In this document: in pieces, positions 27,206-36,888 of the stretch
How positions within the stretch are numbered: the stretch's first letter is position 1
How the letters are laid out: every line of letters starts with the position of its first letter
Source: an uncultured Actinomycetes bacterium
GTDB taxonomy: Bacteria > Actinomycetota > UBA4738 > HRBIN12
Assembly: GCA_963785835.1 (NCBI GenBank)
Contig: CAWAWO010000002.1
Coordinates: 140,464-204,463, forward strand
DNA length: 64,000 nt
Reading direction: 5' to 3'
Notes under the pieces: model-generated
Told to the model about the DNA's origin: nothing
The model's input: the letters and a program-made list of their open reading frames with translations, nothing else
Databases searched by the model: none
Translations under genes and position numbers: made by a program

Positions 27206-28468
27206 ATGGCGACGCCCCAGCACGTCCACGACCACGACAGCGGCGACGGCCTGCTCTCCGTCGAGGACGCGCGCGAGCGGGTGCTCGCCGGGATCGGACC
27301 GCTCCAGCCGATCGACCTCCCGCTCACCGAGGCCTACGGATGCGTGCTGGCGAACAGCGTCACCGCCGAACGCGACATCCCGGACTTCGCGTCCTCGGCG
27401 ATGGACGGGTTCGCGGTGCGCTCGTCCGAGGTCGCGGAGGCCACGCCGTCGGCGCCCGTCGACCTCCGGGTGGTCGGCCGGGCGGCGATCGGCGAACGCC
27501 CGGAAGGAACGGTGGGCGGCGGCGAGGCGTTCCGGATCGCGACCGGCGCCCCGGTGCCCGCCGGAGCCGACACGGTCGTTCCCGTCGAGAACACGCAGGT
27601 CTCGGGCGACACGGTTCGGGTCCAGTCGGGGACGCCCGCAGGCAAGCACGTCCGGCCGAGCGGTGAGGACGTCCGCGCCGGGGAGACCCTCGTCCAGGGT
27701 GGCCGCCGGCTGCAGGCTCCCGAGCTCGGCCTGCTCTCGACGGCGGGGTTCTCCCATCCGCTCGTCCACCCGCGCCCGCGCGTCGTGGTGCTCTCCACCG
27801 GGGACGAGCTCGTCCCGCCGACGCAGCACCCCGAGTACGGGCAGGTCCGCGACTCGAACGCCTACACGCTGTTCGGCGCGCTCCGCGAGGCGGGGGCGGT
27901 GCCGATGCTCGCGGGCATCGTCCGCGACGACGTGGATTCGTTCCGCGAGACGGTGCTGTCGCACCTCCAGCAGGCCGACGCGTTCGTCTCGTCCGGCGGG
28001 GTCTCGGTGGGGGAGCGCGACGTGGTGAAGGCGGCTTTCTTCCGCCGCGGCGACGTCGAGTTCTACAAGGTGGCGATGCAGCCCGGCATGCCGCAAGGGT
28101 TCGGCGAGATCGAGGGAACCCCGTTCTTCGGCCTGCCGGGCAATCCCGTGAGCGTGTTCGTGAGCTTCGAGGTGTTCCTGCGTCCCGCGCTGATGAAGAT
28201 GATGGGCCGGCGCCAGCTGTTCCGCCCGGAGGTCCCCGCCCGTCTCGAGGAGGACGTCACCGGGCCGGGGGGGAAGACGCAGTTCGCGCGCGTCCGGGTT
28301 CGGCGGACCAAGGACGGATGGGCGGCCACGCCGACCGGCGGCCGGGGCTCGAACCTGATCGCCACCGTCGCGAGGGCGAACGGGCTCGCGATCGTTCCCC
28401 AGGGTGTGGAGACGGCGCGCGCGGGAAGCCAGGTGAACGTCATGCTCTTCCGCTCGATGGACGAGTGA
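27206..28468 (+). CDS. moeA: molybdopterin molybdotransferase
   Basis: 420 aa, MoeA pattern (SAMDGFAVR, STGDELV, SGGVSVGERD, LPGNPVS). Confidence 0.9.
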   Translation: MATPQHVHDHDSGDGLLSVEDARERVLAGIGPLQPIDLPLTEAYGCVLANSVTAERDIPDFASSAMDGFAVRSSEVAEATPSAPVDLRVVGRAAIGERPEGTVGGGEAFRIATGAPVPAGADTVVPVENTQVSGDTVRVQSGTPAGKHVRPSGEDVRAGETLVQGGRRLQAPELGLLSTAGFSHPLVHPRPRVVVLSTGDELVPPTQHPEYGQVRDSNAYTLFGALREAGAVPMLAGIVRDDVDSFRETVLSHLQQADAFVSSGGVSVGERDVVKAAFFRRGDVEFYKVAMQPGMPQGFGEIEGTPFFGLPGNPVSVFVSFEVFLRPALMKMMGRRQLFRPEVPARLEEDVTGPGGKTQFARVRVRRTKDGWAATPTGGRGSNLIATVARANGLAIVPQGVETARAGSQVNVMLFRSMDE

Positions 28469-28473
28469 GCGGG

Positions 28474-28935
28474 ATGGCCTCCGAACCCGAACCCATCGCA
28501 CGGATCGTCGAGGTCGGCGACAAGGAGGTCACCGAACGCGAGGCGGTCGCCGAGTGCGTCGTGACGATGACCCCCGACGCGTGTTCGCAGCTCGTGGCCG
28601 GCACGCCGAAGGGGAACCCGATCGAAGCCGCACGGATCGCCGGGGTCATGGGCGTGAAGCGGACCCCCGATCTCCTGCCGTTCTGCCACCCGATCGCGGT
28701 CACGGGCGCGGAGGTGTCGGTCGACCCCGACACGACGACCGGCCGCATCGTCGTCCGTTCGACGGTCCGCGCGCGCGACCGAACCGGCGTCGAGATGGAG
28801 GCCCTCACCGCCGCCGCCATCGCCGCGCTCAGCCTCTACGACACCGCGAAGGCGTTCGACCGAGCGGCCAGGATCGACGGGCTCCGGCTGCTCGAGAAAC
28901 GGGGCGGCAAGGGCGGCGACTACGTCGCCGACTGA
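28474..28935 (+). CDS. moaC: cyclic pyranopterin monophosphate synthase
   Basis: Typical MoaC motifs KRTPDLLPFCHPI and TGVEMEALTAA. ATG lies 6 nt after the moeA stop. Confidence 0.9.
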   Translation: MASEPEPIARIVEVGDKEVTEREAVAECVVTMTPDACSQLVAGTPKGNPIEAARIAGVMGVKRTPDLLPFCHPIAVTGAEVSVDPDTTTGRIVVRSTVRARDRTGVEMEALTAAAIAALSLYDTAKAFDRAARIDGLRLLEKRGGKGGDYVAD

Positions 28936-29082
28936 CGTTTCTCAAAGACGCATCGGCGGTTCGGCGCGCACTCGAGAATCTCAACGATGGTGTTTGTACC
29001 CCCATATCTCGGGTGCTACCGTGCGGACCCAGCCCAACATCTTGTGGCGGACCGGGATCCGAACGAGGAGGGGGCTGGGCGC

Positions 29083-29649
29083 GTGGGTTGGCTGTTGCTC
29101 GCGGTTCTGGTCATCATGTGGGCCGTCTTCCTCCTCCCCTCTTTGGGAAAGACGCCGAGGAACAGCGTGAAGGACTTCGAACGGAACATGGATCTGCTGG
29201 CCGGATCGAACGGGCATGGTCGCTGGATCGTCACCCCGCAGAAGGGGATGGCGTTCATCGGCCCGAAGGCTCGCGCCCACGCGAGGGCTCGCGCCCGCCG
29301 TCGCCGCGTGTTCATGGTGCTGATCGAGTGCATCGTGCTCACCGGGCTGATCGCGCTCGTGCCCCCGCTCCGACCGATGTGGTACGTGACGGCCGTGCTG
29401 GTCGCGTTGTTGGGCGTCTACGTCTGGCTGCTCGTGTCGATGCGATCGCACGGCGCCGCCTCGCGGGATCTCACCAGGACCCGTGAGGCCGCGGTGCCCG
29501 AGCGTCCGAGCCCGTCGCGCCAGCGCTACGCGTCGGACGCGGGCGGGCGAACGGCGCGGCCGGCGTACAACGGGCTCTCGGCCTTCGGCGACGATCTCGT
29601 GAACATCGTCGTGCGGCCGGCCGACGAGGCCGGCGTCGCCCGCGTCTAG
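29083..29649 (+). CDS. hypothetical membrane protein
   Basis: Two or three TM helices (WLLLAVLVIMWAVFLL, VFMVLIECIVLTGLIALV, VTAVLVALLGVYVWLLV) and an Arg-rich loop. The start is uncertain (GTG 29083 or 28987). Confidence 0.5.
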   Translation: MGWLLLAVLVIMWAVFLLPSLGKTPRNSVKDFERNMDLLAGSNGHGRWIVTPQKGMAFIGPKARAHARARARRRRVFMVLIECIVLTGLIALVPPLRPMWYVTAVLVALLGVYVWLLVSMRSHGAASRDLTRTREAAVPERPSPSRQRYASDAGGRTARPAYNGLSAFGDDLVNIVVRPADEAGVARV

Positions 29650-29660
29650 GCGCCGGGCTC

Positions 29661-30299
29661 GTGGATCTGGACGGCATCGCCGAGGATATCCACGGTCGTT
29701 TCGCCGAGCGGATGCAGGCTCGCGAGCGCGCGCTCCCCGCGTCCCGAACGGCGATCCGCTCCTGCGCGAACGCGATCCGCGCGATCCATCGCGGCGACTT
29801 CGAGCTCGCGCACCGGCTGATGGACGAGGCGAAGGCGGCGATCGACGAGGGGTTCGCGGCGGTTCGCGACCATCCGGACATCCGGTACGCCGGATACCTC
29901 CAGGACGCGCAGAAGGAGTACGCGGAGGCCCGCATCACCGAGGCCGTGGTGACCGGCTCGCCCGTCCCCCCACCGGCCGATCTCGGCGTCGAGGACTCGC
30001 CCTACCTGAACGGGATCGCCGAGGCGATCGGCGAGGCCAGGCGGCACGCCCTCGACCTGCTGCGCGAGGGGCGGGTGGCCGACGGCGAGGGCATGCTCTC
30101 GGCGATGGACGACCTGTACGCGATCCTCGTGACGATGGACTATCCGGACGCGATCACCGGCAACCTGCGCCGCTCGACCGACGTGGCGCGGAGCTTGATC
30201 GAGAAGACGCGCGGCGACCTCTCGGTTGCGCGCGTCTCGCAGGACCTCCACGATGCCCTCGACCGCCACGCGAAGCACGTGCTCGGCGAGGAGTCGTAG
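29661..30299 (+). CDS. translin-family protein (COG2178-like)
   Basis: 212-aa all-helical ORF with a pattern I associate with archaeal/bacterial translin-like proteins (AIRAIHRGDFELA, YLQDAQKEYAEA, YLNGIAEAIGEARRHALDLLR, LRRSTDVARSLIEKTRGDL). Assignment is from memory of the family, not a search. Confidence 0.6.
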   Translation: MDLDGIAEDIHGRFAERMQARERALPASRTAIRSCANAIRAIHRGDFELAHRLMDEAKAAIDEGFAAVRDHPDIRYAGYLQDAQKEYAEARITEAVVTGSPVPPPADLGVEDSPYLNGIAEAIGEARRHALDLLREGRVADGEGMLSAMDDLYAILVTMDYPDAITGNLRRSTDVARSLIEKTRGDLSVARVSQDLHDALDRHAKHVLGEES

Positions 30300-30394
30300 C
30301 CCCCAAGGCCCTACGAGAAGAACCGGTCCCAGGGTCGAGCGTCGTTCGGGACGCCAGGGTCGTGTCCGACCCCTGCTACCCTTGCCGGGTTCGG

Positions 30395-30468
30395 GGGGGT
30401 GTAGCTCAGTCCGGTAGAGCACTGCCTTCGCACGGCAGGGGTCAGGGGTTCAAATCCCCTCACCTCCA
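30395..30468 (+). tRNA. tRNA-Ala (anticodon CGC)
   Basis: Folded by hand. Acceptor GGGGGTG/CACCTCC with the G3:U70 Ala identity pair, D arm GCTC-AGTCCGGTA-GAGC, anticodon stem CTGCC/GGCAG with loop TTCGCAC, T arm AGGGG-TTCAAAT-CCCCT, discriminator A. CCA is not encoded. Confidence 0.92.
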
Positions 30469-30529
30469 CGGTCGAAATCCGAGAGTCAGCGGCCTCCTGA
30501 ACCATGGGCGGGAGGCAAACGAGGGGCAG

Positions 30530-31873
30530 ATGGACAAGATCGACACATCGACGTCTGAGAGCGAGCGATCCGGCTGGCGGCTTCGCCTTCGGCAGCTGCG
30601 GCTGCGCTTCCGCGATCCGGGCCTCGAGTCGGCGTATCGCGCCGACCGTTTCAGCCACGATCTCGGCAACATCCGCTTCGCCTTCCTGGCCGGGATCGCC
30701 ATCTGGGTCGCGTGGGGCCTGCTCCTGCGCCCCTACATGCTGGCCCTGTCCGACCAGCGACTCGACCTGCTCATGCGGTTCCTCGTGTTCATCCCTTTGT
30801 TGCTCGTCGGGCTCGCGCTCACGTACACCCGGTTCTTCGGGCGCGTCTGGGAATGGGTGTCGGTCGCCATCGCCGGGGCGACGCTCCTGCTCTGGGTCTA
30901 CTACGTCTCGCGCATCACGACGGTGCCCGCGGAGTACGGATACATCGGCGTCATCCTGATCACGTCGTTCACCTACGCGCTGCTGCGCCTCCGGTTCGTC
31001 TTGGTCGTGCTGGTCACGGTGATCGGTATCGGCGCCTACCTTCCGTATGCCATCACGGCGAAGTACATCCTGGACGTGAGCCTGGTGCTGGCGATGCTCT
31101 ACCTGGTCTCGTTCGGCCTGATGGGCGGTATCGCCGCCTATCGGATGGAACGGTTCACGCGAGACCTGTTCCTCCGCGAACGTCAGGTCGAGCAGGAACG
31201 GACGCGGTCCGACGGGCTGCTGCTCAACATGCTGCCCGCGGCGATCGTCGAACAGCTCAAGACCTCGTCCGGGGGACGGATCGCCCAGAACTTCGATCAG
31301 GTGAGCGTGTTCTTCGCCGACGCGGTCGGGTCCACGGAACAGGCCGCACGGTCGACCCCGGAGGCGTTCGCCGATGCCCTGGATGAGCTCTTCAGCCACT
31401 TCGACGAGATCGCCACGCGGCACGGCCTCGAGAAGATCAAGACGATCGGAGACGCGTACATGGCCGTCGCCGGCGCGCCGACGCCCATGGCCGATCACGC
31501 CGACGCGGCCGTCGGGATGGCGGTCGACATCCTTGCCGACGCCGGGAAGCTCAGGTGGCCGTCGGGCGACCCGATCGTGGTGCGGGGCGGGATCGCCACT
31601 GGGCCGGCCGTCGCCGGAGTGATCGGGGTCCAGAGGTTCGCGTACGACCTGTGGGGCGACACCGTGAACCTTGCGAGCAGGCTCGAGACGAACGCAGTTC
31701 CCGGCCGCTTCCTGGTCTCCGATTCGACGGCCGGGGAACTGGCCGATCGGTACGACTTCGGGCCCTCCGAGGTCCTCGAGGTCAAGGGCAAGGGGCCCAC
31801 GATCGTCCGCGTCCTCCTGGGCCCCCACGCGAACGTCCCCATCATGGCGCCGCTCGCCTCCGAGGCCGAATGA
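30530..31873 (+). CDS. membrane-bound class III adenylate/guanylate cyclase (6 TM + CHD)
   Basis: N-terminal hydrophobic domain, then a cyclase homology domain (VSVFFADAVGST, KIKTIGDAYMAVAG, YDLWGDTVNLASRLE). ATG at 30530. Confidence 0.85.
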   Translation: MDKIDTSTSESERSGWRLRLRQLRLRFRDPGLESAYRADRFSHDLGNIRFAFLAGIAIWVAWGLLLRPYMLALSDQRLDLLMRFLVFIPLLLVGLALTYTRFFGRVWEWVSVAIAGATLLLWVYYVSRITTVPAEYGYIGVILITSFTYALLRLRFVLVVLVTVIGIGAYLPYAITAKYILDVSLVLAMLYLVSFGLMGGIAAYRMERFTRDLFLRERQVEQERTRSDGLLLNMLPAAIVEQLKTSSGGRIAQNFDQVSVFFADAVGSTEQAARSTPEAFADALDELFSHFDEIATRHGLEKIKTIGDAYMAVAGAPTPMADHADAAVGMAVDILADAGKLRWPSGDPIVVRGGIATGPAVAGVIGVQRFAYDLWGDTVNLASRLETNAVPGRFLVSDSTAGELADRYDFGPSEVLEVKGKGPTIVRVLLGPHANVPIMAPLASEAE

Positions 31874-32800
31874 CCGCAACGAGGAGCCTCGTGCGCGCGG
31901 CAGCCGTCGTGGTGGTGGTGGGCACGCTGGTCGCCGGATGCACCGACGCCGATCCGGGCCTGACGCGGCGTCCGTCCAGCGGAGGCGGTGAGGTGATCGT
32001 CGTCGGCGTGTCCGGCGCCTTCGCCGAGAACCAGATCGTCGCGGAGATGTATGCGCAGGTGCTGGAGCACGCCGGCTACACGGTCGAGCGACAGCTGGAG
32101 ATGCGGTCTCGCGAGATCTCGCAGAACGCCCTGGAGGCGGGGTTCATCGACGTGAAGCCGGAGTACCTGTCGTCGTTGCTGCTGTTCCTCGACCCGGACG
32201 CGGAGGCGTCCGGAGAAGCCCCCGATGTGGCCCGGCTGGCCGACGAGCTGCTCCGGTCCGAAGGGATCGCGTTGCTCACACCATCGGCGGCCGAGGACAC
32301 GAATCAGTTCGTGGCGAACGCGGAGACGGCCGAGCGGTTCGACCTGACCACGGTGAGCTCCCTCGCCCCCGTCGCCGACCAGCTGACGTTCGGCGGGCCG
32401 GCGGAATGCCCCCAGCGGCCGTTCTGCCTGCCGGGATTGCACGAGGTCTACGGGGTCCTGTTCGACGACTTCGCGCCGCTGGACGCCGGAGGGCCGCTGA
32501 CCGTCGACGCGCTCAGGCGCGAACGCGGTGCAGGTCGGGCTGCTGTTCTCCACGGACCCGAGCATCGAACAGAACGGGTTCGTCCCGCTCGTGGACGACC
32601 GGCACCTCCAGAACGCGGAGAACATCACGCCCGTGATCCGTTCGGAGAAGCTGAACGACGAGGTTCGGAGCCTGCTCGATGCCGTGAGCGCCCGGCTCTC
32701 CTCGGAGGAGATGACCGAACTCGTGGGACAGGTCGTGATCGACGGGCAAGACGTGGCCACCGTAGCCACGGGATTCCTGACCTCGAACGACCTGCTGTAG
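31870..32800 (+). pseudogene. glycine-betaine/osmoprotectant-type substrate-binding lipoprotein (OpuAC-like), single frame disruption near 32512-32520
   Basis: ATG overlaps the cyclase stop (ATGA); lipobox LVAGC. OpuAC-like sequence runs to GGPLTVDAL, then continues in another frame as ANAVQVGLLFSTDPSIEQNGFVPL..ITPVIR. No ABC permease or ATPase is adjacent. Confidence 0.7.
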
Positions 32801-32874
32801 ACAAGCCTGTCGGCTCCGAAACAGCGCTGAGCTCCGCGCACCGATCTCCTCGCCCACGTTACGCTCACGCGCCG

Positions 32875-33795
32875 ATGGGCGTCGCGCGCAGTCTGGTCCT
32901 CTGGGCGGTCGACAACCGGTGGCTCCGCGAGCACCTGCCACGGTACCGGTGGGTCCGGCGCAGCGTTCGCAGGTTCATGCCGGGCGAGACGCTGGACGAC
33001 GCGCTCGGTGCCGCCGCCCGCCTCGGCGAACGCGACCTGCCCACGATGTTCACGTACCTGGGCGAGAACGTGACCGACCTCTCCGACGCCCGCGGCGTGG
33101 TCGATCACTACAGCGACGCCTACGAGCGTGTCGCTGCCGCCGACCTCCGTACCGAGATCTCCGTGAAGCCGTCCCACCTCGGCGTGGACCTCGACCCGGA
33201 GGCGACCTTCGCCAACCTGGACGAGCTCGCCACCGCGGCCGCCGGGCACGGCAACTGGCTCTGGCTCGACATGGAGTCGGATCGCTACGTCGACCCCACG
33301 CTCGAGCTCTACCGCAAGCTGCGGGCCGGCCATCCGAACGTCGGCGTGTGCCTCCAGGCGTACCTCAAGCGGACCGCCGACGACGTCGACTCGCTCATGC
33401 CGCTCGACCCGACGATCCGGCTGGTCAAAGGCGCATACCGAGAGCCGCGCGAGATCGTGTTCGGCTCGCGCGAGGTGATCGACGAGGCGTACCGGCGGCT
33501 CGCCTTACTGATCCTCGCCCGCAAGGGGCCCGTCGGCAGACTCGCGCTCGGCACCCACGACGTCGGGCTCGTCAAGCAGATCGAGGCCGACGCGCGGGGA
33601 CGGGACGGGTTCGAGGTCCACATGCTGTTCGGGATCCGGCAGGCCGAGCTGCTGCGGATGACGGCCGATGGCTACACGACGCGCTCGCTGATCTCGTACG
33701 GGACGCACTGGTACCCGTGGTTCATGCGACGGATCGCGGAGAAGCCGGTCGAGAACTCGCTGCTCGCGCTCCGCAACCTGTTCGCGCGCGGCTGA
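32875..33795 (+). CDS. proline dehydrogenase
   Basis: About 306 aa in the tail of ORF 31555..33795. PRODH-like motifs (ISVKPSHLG, VCLQAYLKRT, IRLVKGAY, THD, LFGI). Confidence 0.85.
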   Translation: MGVARSLVLWAVDNRWLREHLPRYRWVRRSVRRFMPGETLDDALGAAARLGERDLPTMFTYLGENVTDLSDARGVVDHYSDAYERVAAADLRTEISVKPSHLGVDLDPEATFANLDELATAAAGHGNWLWLDMESDRYVDPTLELYRKLRAGHPNVGVCLQAYLKRTADDVDSLMPLDPTIRLVKGAYREPREIVFGSREVIDEAYRRLALLILARKGPVGRLALGTHDVGLVKQIEADARGRDGFEVHMLFGIRQAELLRMTADGYTTRSLISYGTHWYPWFMRRIAEKPVENSLLALRNLFARG

Positions 33796-33821
33796 GGGCG
33801 CTCCGCCGGAGACGCGGAGTT

Positions 33822-34970
33822 TCAGCCGAGGATCCGCGCGTCCCCGTAGCCGGCGTCGAGCGCCGACGCCAGCTCGAACCGCCGGGGATGGAACTGCTCG
33901 AGCCCGGGGTCGACGTCGCCGCTCATGACGAGGTCCGCGACGTGCCGGCCGAGCGCGGGCGCGAGCTTGAACCCGTGGCCGCTCGTGCCGGCGTCGACGA
34001 ATACGCCGGGCGCGATCTCGCCGATCACCGGTTGCCAGTCCGGCGAGACGTCGTACAGGCTCGCCCAGCCGCCCCGCGACGTCGCGTGCTGGAGACCCGG
34101 AACCCGCTTGACCACGCGAGCGCCGAGCCGCGATGACTCTTCCGACCCCACGCGTTCGTCGAAGTCGTCGGGATCCACGTTCGGCTCGGGATGGAGCGGC
34201 CCGACGAGGAACAGCTCCTCGCCCTCGGGGCGGAAGTAGTAGCCGTTCGGAAGGTCGCCGTGCGCGGGAACCCGGACGTCGCCGCCCCAGGCGAACGTCG
34301 CGACGATGTGCCGCTCGACGGTGAGTGGCAGGTCGGCGCCGACCATCGCGGCGAGCGCTCGCGACCACGGGCCGGCGGCGATCAGGACGCGTTCCGCGGT
34401 GACCGACGCGTCGCCGGCCGTGAGTGTCCAGGCCTCGCCGGCGGGTTCGATCGCGGTCACCGCGGTGCCGAGGACCACCTGGGTGCCGAGCTCGCGGGCG
34501 CGATCGAGCAGGCCCTGCGTCGTCAGGACGGGGTCCGCGTACCCGGCGTCGCGCTCGAACGCCGCCACCGCGATCCCCTCGAGATCGAAGTCCGGCCACT
34601 CGGCGACGACCTGCTGCGGTTCGAGCAGCTCGGTCGGGATCCCCTGTTCGTTCAGACGCGGAACGACCTCACGGACGGTGGCTTCGTCCTCGGGCGGGTG
34701 GAGCACCAGGAGGCCAGACCCTCGGAAGCCCGACTCGCGCCCGGTGTGCTGCTCGAACTCGCGGAACATCGCGATCGAGTCACGCGCGACCGAGGCGAGG
34801 AACGGGTTCGTGTAGTACGCGCGACAGATCGCGCTCGAACGCCCGGTCGGGCCGCCCGCGGGGGAGGTCTTCTCGACGACCACGGTCCGAACGCCGCGTC
34901 CCGCGAGGTGGAAGGCGGCGCTGGCGCCATGCACCCCCGCGCCGATCACGACGACGTCGTAGGGGTCCAT
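33822..34970 (-). CDS. FAD-dependent oxidoreductase (DAO / sarcosine-oxidase-beta-like)
   Basis: YDVVVIGAGVHGASAAFHLA Rossmann motif at the N-terminus when started at ATG 34970, and C-terminal SGHGFKLAPALG. Confidence 0.8.
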   Translation of the reverse strand: MDPYDVVVIGAGVHGASAAFHLAGRGVRTVVVEKTSPAGGPTGRSSAICRAYYTNPFLASVARDSIAMFREFEQHTGRESGFRGSGLLVLHPPEDEATVREVVPRLNEQGIPTELLEPQQVVAEWPDFDLEGIAVAAFERDAGYADPVLTTQGLLDRARELGTQVVLGTAVTAIEPAGEAWTLTAGDASVTAERVLIAAGPWSRALAAMVGADLPLTVERHIVATFAWGGDVRVPAHGDLPNGYYFRPEGEELFLVGPLHPEPNVDPDDFDERVGSEESSRLGARVVKRVPGLQHATSRGGWASLYDVSPDWQPVIGEIAPGVFVDAGTSGHGFKLAPALGRHVADLVMSGDVDPGLEQFHPRRFELASALDAGYGDARILG

Positions 34971-35149
34971 CGCCGCGGAGTCTACGGCGGGCTCTGAGGA
35001 CGGCGGCCCGCGCATCGAGGGTGGCTCTCTCGCGTCGACGGAACGCTGGTGCCGAACGGAGGGCCTCTCGCGTCGGGGGCCGAGAAACATCGCGAAGTGT
35101 GAGGTGGATCACGGACAGGCGACACGCGAGTACAGGTACGCTCGAACAC

Positions 35150-36280
35150 ATGTTCGAAGCATCAAACCTCGTGCTTTCGCTGGATGCGGCCCACGCCAGT
35201 GTGGGGCGTGCCCATTCGGAGCTGCTTGCCCTCCTGGCTCGCCTCGACGAACGCGAGGGTTGGCGGGAGGAAGGCGCTCGGGATGCCGCGCACTGGTTGG
35301 GGATGCGATACGGGATCTCGGAGTGGAAGGCCCGTCGGTGGCTCGGCGCTGCCCATGCGCTTGCACGGTTGCCTCGTCTTCGCGAAGCCCTCGAGGGCGG
35401 CGAGCTCGGGATCGACAAGGTCGTCGAGCTCGCTCGCTTCGCCACGCCCGACAGCGAAGAGCGATCGATCTCATGGGCCAAGCGGGTTTCGTGCGGCGCG
35501 ATCCGTCGGCGAGGAGACCTCGCGGCGAAAGCGGCGATCGAGGATGTCGTCGACGCGCACCGGACTCGTTCGCTGGCGTGGTGGTACTTCGACGAAGGGC
35601 GCCGGTTCGGGCTCGAAGCCGAGCTGCCCGCTGCTGAGGGCGCCATCGTGGCTCGGGCCCTGGAACGCCTCGCGGAGACGATCCCGACGATGCCGGACGA
35701 TGATCCGGCCTTCGCCGATGCAAGGCGTGCCGACGCGCTCGTAGCGATGTGCTCGGCGCGGATCGCCGATGACGCGGATCCCGACCGCGCGACGGTCGTG
35801 ATCCACGCGCAAGAGCACAGGCTGGACGACGCCATCGGCGGCTCGGAGATCGAGGGTGGCCCGGTGATCCACCCGGAAACCGTCCGCCGCCGACTCTGCA
35901 ACGCGCGGGTGCAGACGGTGCTCGAGGGCGAGCGGGGAGATGTGCTCGCACTCGGCCGCACGACGCGAGAGCCGACCGCCGCGATGCTTCGTCAGATCCG
36001 CTACCGCGACCGCGAGTGCCGTTTCCCCGGTTGCGGTACGAGGCGGTTCACCGAGGCGCATCACATCGTGTGGTGGCGTCACGGCGGCCGAACCGATCTC
36101 GACAACCTCGCGCTGATCTGCTCGTTCCACCACCGGCTCGTCCACGAGCTCGGGTGGACGATCCGGCGAGAGACCGACGGAGAGATCGAGTGGTTCCATC
36201 CCGATGGGACTCGTTACCGAGCCGGTCCGTCACCTGGCGATCGTGTCGAATCCGCGCTGTATGCAGCCGTCGCAGGCTGA
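35150..36280 (+). CDS. DUF222-type HNH endonuclease
   Basis: DUF222-like N-terminal region (AHWLGMRYGISEWKARRWL) and C-terminal HNH (CRFPGCGTRRFTEAHHIVWWRHGGRTDLDNLALICSFHH). The 3' end overlaps tag by 67 nt. Confidence 0.85.
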   Translation: MFEASNLVLSLDAAHASVGRAHSELLALLARLDEREGWREEGARDAAHWLGMRYGISEWKARRWLGAAHALARLPRLREALEGGELGIDKVVELARFATPDSEERSISWAKRVSCGAIRRRGDLAAKAAIEDVVDAHRTRSLAWWYFDEGRRFGLEAELPAAEGAIVARALERLAETIPTMPDDDPAFADARRADALVAMCSARIADDADPDRATVVIHAQEHRLDDAIGGSEIEGGPVIHPETVRRRLCNARVQTVLEGERGDVLALGRTTREPTAAMLRQIRYRDRECRFPGCGTRRFTEAHHIVWWRHGGRTDLDNLALICSFHHRLVHELGWTIRRETDGEIEWFHPDGTRYRAGPSPGDRVESALYAAVAG

Positions 36281-36855
36281 TCGGTCAACTCTCGGTAGCG
36301 GAAGCATGTCGTCACGTGATCGTTGACGAGGCCGCAGGCCTGCATGAACGCGTAACAGACCGTCGGGCCGACGAAGCGGAACCCGCGCTTCTTCAGGTCC
36401 TTGCTCATCGCCTTGGATCCAGCGGTCTCCGCCGGGATGTCGCCGATCTTTCGGAACCGACCTACGAGCGGCTCGCCGTCCACGAACGACCACAGGTACG
36501 CGTCGAGCGACCCTTCGTCCCGCTGCACGTCGAGGACTCGCGCCGCGTTGTTCACGGTCGATTCCACCTTCAGGCGGTTCCGAACGATCCCGGGATCGCG
36601 CAGCAGGCGTTCGACCTTGGCCGGCGTGAAACGCGCGACCTTCGCAGGGTCGAACCCGGCGAACGCACCTCGATAGCCCTCCCGCTTGTTCAGGATCGTG
36701 GACCAGGACAGGCCCGCCTGGGCGCCCTCGAGCGTGATCATCTCGAACAGTCGAGGATCGTCGTGGACCGGAACGCCCCACTCCTCGTCGTGGTACCCGA
36801 GATACATGGGCTGGTCCAGCGGCACCCACTCGCAGCGGCGGAGGTTCCTGGCCAC
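36214..36855 (-). CDS. tag: DNA-3-methyladenine glycosylase I
   Basis: RCEWV..YHDEEWGVPVHDD, EGAQAGLSWSTIL and VGPTVCYAFMQACGLVNDH. GTG at 36855. Confidence 0.85.
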   Translation of the reverse strand: MARNLRRCEWVPLDQPMYLGYHDEEWGVPVHDDPRLFEMITLEGAQAGLSWSTILNKREGYRGAFAGFDPAKVARFTPAKVERLLRDPGIVRNRLKVESTVNNAARVLDVQRDEGSLDAYLWSFVDGEPLVGRFRKIGDIPAETAGSKAMSKDLKKRGFRFVGPTVCYAFMQACGLVNDHVTTCFRYRELTDQPATAAYSADSTRSPGDGPAR

Positions 36856-36888
36856 GTCGCGAAGCCTATCGGCCTCTAGGATGCCCGG

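Noticed and set aside
33801-33822. Short hairpin CTCCGC-N7-GCGGAG followed by TTT after the proline dehydrogenase stop.
   Set aside because: A 6-bp stem is too weak to call a terminator with any confidence.
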